From Halorutilales archaeon Cl-col2-1 (GTDB taxonomy: Archaea; Halobacteriota; Halobacteria; Halobacteriales; Afararchaeaceae), in NCBI GenBank assembly GCA_041891055.1, contig CP169074.1, positions 384,001 through 448,000 on the forward strand: 64,000 bases of DNA. Direction: 5' to 3'. Below the pieces are notes generated by a model. The model saw only the letters and a list, made by a program, of their open reading frames with translations. It did no database searches and was not told where the DNA came from. Positions 31,389 through 39,087 of this stretch are shown here, in pieces; within the stretch, counting starts at the first letter, position 1, and each line of letters opens with the position of its first letter. A program made the position numbers and the translations under genes.

Positions 31389-32645
31389 CTAATCCTCCAT
31401 CTTGTACTCTTCGACCTCGTGGGGATCGTATCCAAGCTCTTCGAGGTACTTCTTGTAGTCCCTCTCACACGCTTCTGCCATTCTCTGTCTCTCACTCGCC
31501 TTGTCCGCCATCTGGGCGACGTCCTCGGGTATCTCCCCCTCGTGGACTATGAGATGGTTCATCAGGTCGGCTATCCGGCGTATAGGAGACGTGAAATGTC
31601 CGTATATGTCGAAGTTGAGAGCGTAATGTCCTCCGAATGGGTCGCTCATGTACTTCGCTCGGGGCATGACCTTGAGGACTGCTCTCTGTATCTTCCTGAG
31701 TGCGTCCTCGTCGGCGTCCTCTATCGCTGCGTTGACGGCGATACGTGGCTCGTCCCAGTGCTCCGCGGGTATGCTGACGCCGTCGAGATCCTGTATCTCC
31801 TGTAGAGCCTCAGCCCATTTGTCCTCGCTCGGCTGGGGATGGACACGGTAGACAGCCTCGACTCCCCTGTCCCACATAAGCTCGTATGTCACCGCACGGT
31901 TCGCCTTGAGCATACACTCCTCGACTATCGTGTGTGCGCGGTCTCTCTTGGGGTTGAGGACGAGCGATCCCTGTTCCTTCCTCGACTCGTGGAGCCTGTC
32001 GGCGACGTCGTGCGCCATATCGACCTTCTCGCCCAACTCCTGAGTCACGCCGTCGACTGCTTCGTGTCCCTCGTCGAGTATCCTCTCAGCCTGCCTGTAG
32101 GTGAGACGTCTGTCGCTTCTCACGACCGACTTGAATATCTCTATGTTGTCGAACGAGAGATCCTCGTCCATCTCCATCCTGACGGTGTGGGCGAGTCTGT
32201 CCTCGTTTCCGACTATCGAACAGACCGTCTCCGACAGCGAAGATGGGAGCATATGTACTGTGTGTCCGGGGAGGTAGACAGTCGTCGATCTCCTCTTCGC
32301 CTCCTCGTAGAGCTCAGTCCCGGGCTTGACGTAATGGGTGACGTCGGCTATATGCACCCACAGCGTGTACCCCTCTCCGTCGCCCTCGTCGTCTATGCTG
32401 ATAGCGTCGTCGAAGTCCTGTGCCCTCTTCGGGTCGACGGTAAAAGTCGTGAGATCCCTCAGGTCGGTTCTGTACTCCTTCTCCGCCTCGTCCTGTATGT
32501 CGTCGCGGAACCCCGTAGTTATCTCGTCCGCCTCTTCGAGAGCCCTGTCGGGGAACTCCTCGTGTATCTCGTACTCCTCGAAGAGTTCCTCCCTCTTCTC
32601 CTCCAGCTTCTCCTGCGTCTCCTCGTCTATCTTGACTTCGCTCAT
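31389..32645 (-). CDS. rnr: RNase R (compact RNB-domain exoribonuclease)
   Basis: DP..AQDFDDAIS, HIADV, EECMLKAN, HFTSPIRR. Confidence 0.9.
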   Translation of the reverse strand: MSEVKIDEETQEKLEEKREELFEEYEIHEEFPDRALEEADEITTGFRDDIQDEAEKEYRTDLRDLTTFTVDPKRAQDFDDAISIDDEGDGEGYTLWVHIADVTHYVKPGTELYEEAKRRSTTVYLPGHTVHMLPSSLSETVCSIVGNEDRLAHTVRMEMDEDLSFDNIEIFKSVVRSDRRLTYRQAERILDEGHEAVDGVTQELGEKVDMAHDVADRLHESRKEQGSLVLNPKRDRAHTIVEECMLKANRAVTYELMWDRGVEAVYRVHPQPSEDKWAEALQEIQDLDGVSIPAEHWDEPRIAVNAAIEDADEDALRKIQRAVLKVMPRAKYMSDPFGGHYALNFDIYGHFTSPIRRIADLMNHLIVHEGEIPEDVAQMADKASERQRMAEACERDYKKYLEELGYDPHEVEEYKMED

Positions 32646-32736
32646 ACTCCGAGTAGACATCCCGACATAAAAGTAGTACTGCTTGTGGATCATAGCCAAG
32701 AGTTATGGAGAGGCACTCCGAATAATCAGACAAGAC

Positions 32737-33534
32737 ATGCCCGTTTCGTCGAAACCCCTCGTCAAAGACTACATGACAAAGGACGTCGTCACAGCCTCTC
32801 CCGACGACACCGTCGGCGACGTGATAGAGAAGGTCATCGAGAACGAGGGACACAGTGGATTTCCTGTCACAGAAGCTAGGGAAGTCAAGGGATTCATCAC
32901 TGCGGAGGACATGCTCGGGAAAGACGACGACGAACCCATCTTCCGTCTGATGTCGACTGACCCACTCGTCGCGGAGCCCGAGATGAGTGTCACCGACGCA
33001 GCGAGGGTCATACTCAGAAGCGGAATACAGAAGCTCCCCGTCGTCGACGACGCCGACAACCTCGTCGGCATAATATCGAACTCCGACGTCATACGTTCCC
33101 AGATAGAGAGAGTAACCCCACAGAAGGTCTGGAAGCTGATGGACACTCTCGAGTCTATACACGGAATAGACCTCAGAGAGGAGAGACGCCGTGTCGAGAT
33201 AGACCACCTCGTCCCGACACAGGACAAAGTCTACGCCGACGAGTTACAGGGGAGATCCTACGAACTTGAGAGGGACTTAGTCGAGCCTCTTATAGTCATA
33301 GAGAAGAAGACAGACGGCAAGACCCTCCTTGTCGACGGACACCACCGCGTCGTCGCGGCTCACCGATCGGGTGTCGAAGAGATGGACGCTTACGTAGTCG
33401 TTGTCGAAGCCGACGTAGAGCTCGGAATGGAGAAGACTGCGGAAGAGTCGGGTCTGGAGACGATAGACGACATAGAGGTAGTAGACTACGCCAAACATCC
33501 TCTCAACGAAGCCACTAACATCGGCGGGAAGTAG
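32737..33534 (+). CDS. CBS-pair plus ParB/Srx-like domain protein
   Basis: two CBS repeats then LVPTQ...LVDGHHRV. Confidence 0.85.
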   Translation: MPVSSKPLVKDYMTKDVVTASPDDTVGDVIEKVIENEGHSGFPVTEAREVKGFITAEDMLGKDDDEPIFRLMSTDPLVAEPEMSVTDAARVILRSGIQKLPVVDDADNLVGIISNSDVIRSQIERVTPQKVWKLMDTLESIHGIDLREERRRVEIDHLVPTQDKVYADELQGRSYELERDLVEPLIVIEKKTDGKTLLVDGHHRVVAAHRSGVEEMDAYVVVVEADVELGMEKTAEESGLETIDDIEVVDYAKHPLNEATNIGGK

Positions 33535-33537
33535 GTC

Positions 33538-34521
33538 TCACCAGTGCCAGCCGTAGTACTGGAGCATCAGATAGGTTATTATTCCGAGACCGAGGGAGAG
33601 TATCCACGAGCCGGCGGCTATCCTTCCGACACGCGGATGTGAGGTATCGGGAATCTCCTCTACGGGGAATGAGACTCCTAGGACGACGGCGTGTATCACG
33701 AAGGGGACTGCGACTACCGAGAGGACGAGATGGATGGCTAACATTATGAGGTAGGCGTAGTAGATGACCCCCTCAACGAGTATGTGTTTCTCTCCCGCAC
33801 CTCCGACCTTGAAGAGATAGACGACTAGGAAGAGGAGTATGAGACCGAAAGACGACAGCATAGCCTTTCTGTGCTTCTCGATCTGTGACTTCTTGACCCA
33901 GTAGACGCCGAGTATCAGCGAGGTGACTGCGAAGGTGTTTATGACCGCGATGGCGTGTGACATCAGGTTAGCGGTCGATCTGGTCACCGAAGGATACGGG
34001 AAGAGACCCGCGAAGGTTCCGAGAACTACGAAGTAGCCCGCCACCGAGAGTACACCAGTTGCGACACGGGGTCGTGGTCTTGCGTGACGCCCGAAGGCGT
34101 CGAGGGCGTCGGTTCCAAACAGAAACGGGAGACGCCAGACGAGGAGAAAGACTGTGCCTGCAATGAAAGAGACAACGAAGAAACTGAGACTCGCGCTTCC
34201 GTGGAAAAACGTGGTGTTACGCAGAGCCTGTGCGGCTACGTCGGAGAAGAGCCAAGACAGAGTCGTAAGACCCACAGTACGGAGTGGCGACGATCCTATC
34301 CCACGGCGGTAACCACCGACTAGACTTCCGACGACGAGCCATCCTATCGCGAAGGGGAGGAAGGTTCCGGCTGTTCTGACGGGCATCTTGACGGGGTTTA
34401 TTCCGTGGCTTATCTCTCCGACTACTACGAACGCGAGTATCGCCAAGAGATCTCCGACGACCAGAGCAGGCGAGACTGCGGAGGTATCTATCCGGCTTCT
34501 GAGACCTGAGACAGAGGACAT
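33538..34521 (-). CDS. membrane protein, apparent DUF3054 + DUF420 fusion
   Basis: N-half GDLLAI..GEISHG..PFAIGW..WR; C-half AVIN, HRKAM, AIH, HPRVGR. Confidence 0.75.
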   Translation of the reverse strand: MSSVSGLRSRIDTSAVSPALVVGDLLAILAFVVVGEISHGINPVKMPVRTAGTFLPFAIGWLVVGSLVGGYRRGIGSSPLRTVGLTTLSWLFSDVAAQALRNTTFFHGSASLSFFVVSFIAGTVFLLVWRLPFLFGTDALDAFGRHARPRPRVATGVLSVAGYFVVLGTFAGLFPYPSVTRSTANLMSHAIAVINTFAVTSLILGVYWVKKSQIEKHRKAMLSSFGLILLFLVVYLFKVGGAGEKHILVEGVIYYAYLIMLAIHLVLSVVAVPFVIHAVVLGVSFPVEEIPDTSHPRVGRIAAGSWILSLGLGIITYLMLQYYGWHW

Positions 34522-34630
34522 ATACTTACTTCATATGGCGGATCTGAGAAGTATAAATCGCACGGAATCTCAGACAGATATGGGAAATTTTAACAGGGTA
34601 CAATACTACGCTTTTTTAAAGGTGAGACAG

Positions 34631-35311
34631 ATGGACATGGACAGACGGAAGTTCCTTTCGACGGCGGCGGCAACGACGGCAGCGACAGCGGGAGTGTCAC
34701 GTGAAGCGGCTGCACAGGAAGGACCGGGTGAGAACACGGTTGGGATGTTCACGAGCGGGAGTACCTACTTCTTCGATCCGATAGGACTCCACGTTGAGGA
34801 GGGGACAACGGTCACGTTCGCCATAGAGAGCGGTGCCCACTCGTCGACTGCGTACGAAGATAGGATTCCTGAGGGGGCGAGCGCGTGGGACTCAGGGACT
34901 ATAAGCGGACAGGGCGAGTCGTTCTCACACACATTCGAGACGCCGGGTACGTACGACTACTTCTGTATCCCACACAAGTCGCTAGGGATGGTCGGAAGGA
35001 TAGTCGTCGGCGAGCCCGGAGGTCCCGCTGACGGAAGCATGCCAGCTGACGGCGACGTCCCAGAGAGCCAGACAATCGTCGACGAGGGCTCCGTCTCGTT
35101 CTCTCAGTTCTCGGGTAACTCTGGAATGGGATATTCGACCGGCGGAGGCGACGGTGGGGGCGAAGGAGGGAATCAGACACAGATAACACCTTCGGGAACC
35201 ATGGGGTACATAGTCAAGATGGGCCTCGGAGTGATAAGTTTCCTTACCGTGTCGCTCGTGGGATTCTACTTCCTGATGAGGTACGGCTCCGAGGCAGAAG
35301 CAGCCGAGTAG
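34631..35311 (+). CDS. Tat-exported halocyanin/plastocyanin-like copper protein with C-terminal anchor
   Basis: RRKFL; His plus YFCIPHKSLGM type-1 copper ligands; C-terminal TM. Confidence 0.88.
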   Translation: MDMDRRKFLSTAAATTAATAGVSREAAAQEGPGENTVGMFTSGSTYFFDPIGLHVEEGTTVTFAIESGAHSSTAYEDRIPEGASAWDSGTISGQGESFSHTFETPGTYDYFCIPHKSLGMVGRIVVGEPGGPADGSMPADGDVPESQTIVDEGSVSFSQFSGNSGMGYSTGGGDGGGEGGNQTQITPSGTMGYIVKMGLGVISFLTVSLVGFYFLMRYGSEAEAAE

Positions 35312-35338
35312 AGGTCACCGACTTTTTCTTAGAGTCTG

Positions 35339-36688
35339 ATGTGGGGAGTTGTTACTGAGACCGATTTGCAAACGGGTCTCCGAAGTCGTTTACTCCGTAT
35401 ATTTTTAGCGGGTGTTCTCCTCTCCGCGGTGTCGGGACGTGTCTCAGCACATGGTCTGGGTCTCGGGACACGTGTCTACCGCCTCACGCTCGAAGCCTCC
35501 GAGTTACTCGTTCTCTGTTCAGGTCTGGCTCTAGTGTCGTACGCCGTAGTCGTAATGGAGCCGTGCCGTCTCGTCACGTGTTCGAAGTCGTTCTCGTTCT
35601 CGATACCTCGTGCCGTGGCTTCGTCGGGTATCACAGTTGGAGGGGTCGTAGGCGTGGTAACCGGAGTTCTCATCGTAGTCACGGGGATATTCGGCGAACA
35701 GGTTCCGGCTTCTTTCGCACTGATAGCCGTCTGGTCGGTCTGGTGGTCGGGCTACGTACCCACAGTCTACCTCGTCTCGAACAGTTGGGAGACAGTGAGC
35801 CCCTGGAGAACCATGGCTACCTACCTTCCCTCTGCCAACACCGAGTATCCGCGAGTAGGTCTGGGATTAGGAATCCTGGGATTCCTTCTCTACGTCTGGT
35901 TCTTAGCCGTAAGCCCTCTGTCGAGACGTCCGTACGCAGTCGGTACTTTAGTAGCAGTCTACACAGGGGTTACTCTAGCCGGTGCTGTTGTCTTCGGAGA
36001 CGTCTGGTTCGAGAGGGCAGACCCCCTGTCGTTAGCCATGTCGTACTACGGATCTATCTCGCCCGTGTCGAGAGAGGGAAACCGTCTCATCGTAACGACA
36101 CCCTTCAAGTCAGTCGTCGACTCCGAAGTCTTCTCGAAAAAAGGCAGTCTCGGATTCGTCGTAGCGACCGTCTGGGCAACAGTCTACGACGCAGTCGTGA
36201 GGACGCCTTTCTGGGACGCATTCGCTAGATCAGCCGTCGACACCGGTCTGTCGCCCGTGTCTGTCTACGTCTCAGCCCTAGTAGTCGGCTACGTTGGCTT
36301 CCTCGTCGTCTTCCGTCTCGTGCCGACTTTCGGAGGCATCGAGAAGATCGGGGCTGCGGTAGTTCCTCTCGCCGCGGGATACCATCTCTCACATTACCCC
36401 GGCTACTTCATAACAACTTTTCCGACCGTCACGGAGGTCTTTCTACGTCCTTTCAGCCCTCCGCTTCTTGAGACGGCACCTCTTCCGACGTGGTACGGCT
36501 TCTTCCGACTCGGAGCCGTCGTAGTCGCACATCTCGTCGGTGTCGTGACTCTCACTCGCCTCGACAAAACAGACCACGATACCCCGACTTCGTCGAAACT
36601 CGTAGCCGTCGGAGTTATGGTACTGTCGACATCGGTTTTCCTCTGGGTATCTACAAGACCCGAGGTTCCTATGCCCTACTTCAGCTAG
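35339..36688 (+). CDS. polytopic membrane protein of unknown function
   Basis: about ten TM; W..VSPWRT, WFERADP, VPLAAGYHLSHY. Confidence 0.65.
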   Translation: MWGVVTETDLQTGLRSRLLRIFLAGVLLSAVSGRVSAHGLGLGTRVYRLTLEASELLVLCSGLALVSYAVVVMEPCRLVTCSKSFSFSIPRAVASSGITVGGVVGVVTGVLIVVTGIFGEQVPASFALIAVWSVWWSGYVPTVYLVSNSWETVSPWRTMATYLPSANTEYPRVGLGLGILGFLLYVWFLAVSPLSRRPYAVGTLVAVYTGVTLAGAVVFGDVWFERADPLSLAMSYYGSISPVSREGNRLIVTTPFKSVVDSEVFSKKGSLGFVVATVWATVYDAVVRTPFWDAFARSAVDTGLSPVSVYVSALVVGYVGFLVVFRLVPTFGGIEKIGAAVVPLAAGYHLSHYPGYFITTFPTVTEVFLRPFSPPLLETAPLPTWYGFFRLGAVVVAHLVGVVTLTRLDKTDHDTPTSSKLVAVGVMVLSTSVFLWVSTRPEVPMPYFS

Positions 36689-37073
36689 ACCCCGCAGTCG
36701 CCTCGTACTTGTCGCGGAACTCCTGTATCATCTCATCCATCTGATCCTGCCACTCCTGTAACATCGACTCCATCTTATCGGCGATAGCGTCGGGGTCGGA
36801 CGGCTTATAGACGTGGTAGTAACCCCCCTGTTCGTAGTTGACCTGCTCCTTCTGTACGAAGCCTGACTGGAGGAGTCTCTGTACCGAACGGTAGGCGGTC
36901 GACCTCTCCCTGTCTATCCTGTCTGCTATCTCGTCTATCGTGAGCGGTTCGTCCGACTCGACAAGTGACATGAAACACTCCTTGTCGAGGTCTTTCAGCC
37001 CGTGGACACATTCGAGGAGTCCCTCACACTCCATCTCCTTCTGTAAAAGCTCTGATACCGAAGACGTCGTCAT
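36681..37073 (-). CDS. TrmB-like wHTH regulator with N-terminal Cys motif
   Basis: CEGLLECVHGL, RERSTAYRSVQRL, GGYYHVY. Confidence 0.85.
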   Translation of the reverse strand: MTTSSVSELLQKEMECEGLLECVHGLKDLDKECFMSLVESDEPLTIDEIADRIDRERSTAYRSVQRLLQSGFVQKEQVNYEQGGYYHVYKPSDPDAIADKMESMLQEWQDQMDEMIQEFRDKYEATAGSS

Positions 37074-37088
37074 TACTTAACAGTATAC

Positions 37089-37104
37089 CTTTTAACGTTA
37101 AAAG
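37089..37104. promoter_or_regulatory. perfect 16-bp palindrome CTTTTAACGTTAAAAG over the regulator's TATA region
   Basis: self-complementary; 16-31 bp upstream of the ATG at 37073. Confidence 0.55.
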
Positions 37105-37157
37105 AGTTTGTGTCGTTACTCCGAAGAGATAAGTCTCTCGACGGGTTAAATCCGTGG

Positions 37158-37301
37158 ATGACAGTATCGGGTGTCTGTTACATCTGTGGTGACGAGGCTG
37201 TGGCTACGTGTCGGTCGTGTGGCGGCGCAGTCTGTGACGAGCATTACGACGCAGAGACAGGTCTCTGTGTGAGGTGTCTGTCGGGGATGCAGATGGATTA
37301 G
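37158..37301 (+). CDS. 47-aa zinc-finger microprotein
   Basis: CxxC-CxxC-CxxH-CxxC. Confidence 0.7.
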   Translation: MTVSGVCYICGDEAVATCRSCGGAVCDEHYDAETGLCVRCLSGMQMD

Positions 37302-37939
37302 AAGAAATCCTCTACTTTTTCGAGATCACTCCTCGTGTTGACGTTGACGAAGCTCTCCTCGGATGCGTGTTCGAGGACAGTTTCCTCGTCGACGGCAGTG
37401 TAGTCGAGGATTTCAAGGACGCGGCGCATGCTCGCTTCCCCCTCGCTCGTACTTTCACTAAAAGCAGCTTCGCACGCTTCGAGAGTAGGCGACCTCCGGT
37501 AGACTGCATGTGTCGTCTGGAGCCAGCCATCGACAGATGGAACAACGGCGTCGTCTCCGGTTTGTTGAGCCAAGTCTAAGACGTAGTCAACTAAGCCGGA
37601 ACTCAGGAGAGGCATGTCACACGCCACGACGACGACGTACTCCGACTCGGCTTTCCCCATACCGGTTATTACGCCTCCGACGGGTCCGAGACCCGGCTCA
37701 TCGTCCTCTGCGAACTCGATACACGTGTCGTCTACTACGGAGTCGGATCTAAGAGACTCACTTACTTCGGATGTCTGTCCAGGTCTCGTGTTGATTATGA
37801 CAGTCTCGACCGTCTCGACGTCAGAGACTGAGTCGACGACATGGCTTATGAGGGGCGAACCGTCGAGTCTCGCCACAGCCTTGTCGTCTTCGCCGAAACG
37901 TGTCGAGAAGCCGCCCGCGAGGACTACCGCGTCAGCCAT
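37298..37939 (-). CDS. mobA: molybdenum cofactor guanylyltransferase
   Basis: LAGGFSTRFG..DK, GPVGG, ACDMP, NVNT. Confidence 0.88.
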   Translation of the reverse strand: MADAVVLAGGFSTRFGEDDKAVARLDGSPLISHVVDSVSDVETVETVIINTRPGQTSEVSESLRSDSVVDDTCIEFAEDDEPGLGPVGGVITGMGKAESEYVVVVACDMPLLSSGLVDYVLDLAQQTGDDAVVPSVDGWLQTTHAVYRRSPTLEACEAAFSESTSEGEASMRRVLEILDYTAVDEETVLEHASEESFVNVNTRSDLEKVEDFF

Positions 37940-38023
37940 CGGTTCGAGTAGACGCCGCTTCCCAAAACAGTTTGTGGCTCGAACCGGCGTCAGGTATAAG
38001 TTGTCTTCCTACTATCGTTTGGT

Positions 38024-38821
38024 ATGTCAGATTCTCCCACGCAGGCAGACATACAGGCACCGGCACACACCGACGCTGAGGTCAGTTTCGAGAGAATAAC
38101 GGAGATAGAGTCGGAGTCGCCGACACTCATAGAGGGTTTCCCGGGACACGGTCTCGTGGCGTCGATAGCTGTCAACCAGATAAACCAGCAGTTAGACCTC
38201 TCGCACCACGGCAACGTCGTCTCCGACGGCTTCCCTCCCGTGGCGTCGTTCGAAGACGGATTGGTACAGGACACAGTGCGCGTCTACTCGGGAACCGATC
38301 CAGACGTGATGACACTGAGGAGCGACATAACACTCCCGCCGTCGAACTACAAGTCGCTTAGCCGTTTCGTCATAAACCAACTCTCCGACGAGTTCGGACG
38401 TGCTGTCTTCCTCGCGGGGGCTCCCGCCGAAAACGAGGATGAGATTGGTGATGTCATGGGTGTAGCAACCCACGATGACCTCCGCGACGACCTTGAGGCA
38501 GCCGGGATACCTCTCGGGGACGAACCGGGTGTAGTCGGAGGAATCACTGGCGCGCTCGCCAACGAGTGTTACCACGCCGGTATTCCAGCCGCTGTTCTGA
38601 TAGTCCGTTCACATCCCTACCTCCCCGACCCCACGGCGGCACAGTCAGTGATAGAGAACGCCCTTGAACCCCTAGTCGAGTTCGACATAGACACGGCTGA
38701 GCTTGAGAAACAGGCTGACGAGATAAGACATCAGATGGAACAGATAGCTAAACAGCTCAGACAGGCTTACGGAGGCGAGGCGGAGACGGAGTCTCAGCCA
38801 CAGTCCCCGATGTATCAGTGA
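38024..38821 (+). CDS. PAC2-family proteasome assembly chaperone-like protein
   Basis: EGFPGHGLVASIA, PDPTAA, C-terminal MYQ HbYX-like tail. Confidence 0.85.
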   Translation: MSDSPTQADIQAPAHTDAEVSFERITEIESESPTLIEGFPGHGLVASIAVNQINQQLDLSHHGNVVSDGFPPVASFEDGLVQDTVRVYSGTDPDVMTLRSDITLPPSNYKSLSRFVINQLSDEFGRAVFLAGAPAENEDEIGDVMGVATHDDLRDDLEAAGIPLGDEPGVVGGITGALANECYHAGIPAAVLIVRSHPYLPDPTAAQSVIENALEPLVEFDIDTAELEKQADEIRHQMEQIAKQLRQAYGGEAETESQPQSPMYQ

Positions 38822-38875
38822 GACAGACAGAAGCTTTTTAACATAGTGGGTTAAATCCCAACTACGAGCGATAAG

Positions 38876-39073
38876 ATGACAACTGGCACGGTCAAGTTCT
38901 ACCACAACGAGAAGGGTTACGGATTCATAGAGACAGAAGCGGAGGACGACGACGTCTTCTTCCACATAACTGACGTAGACGACTCGGTAACTCCCGAGGA
39001 AGACATGGAGCTAGAGTTTGAGTTGGAGGAGGGCGACGAGGGTCCAAGGGCAGTAAACGTCAGGATGGCGTAA
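38876..39073 (+). CDS. cspA: cold-shock protein
   Basis: RNP1 KGYGFI, RNP2 VFFH, GPRAVNV. Confidence 0.92.
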   Translation: MTTGTVKFYHNEKGYGFIETEAEDDDVFFHITDVDDSVTPEEDMELEFELEEGDEGPRAVNVRMA

Positions 39074-39087
39074 GAGTTAGTATTGTA

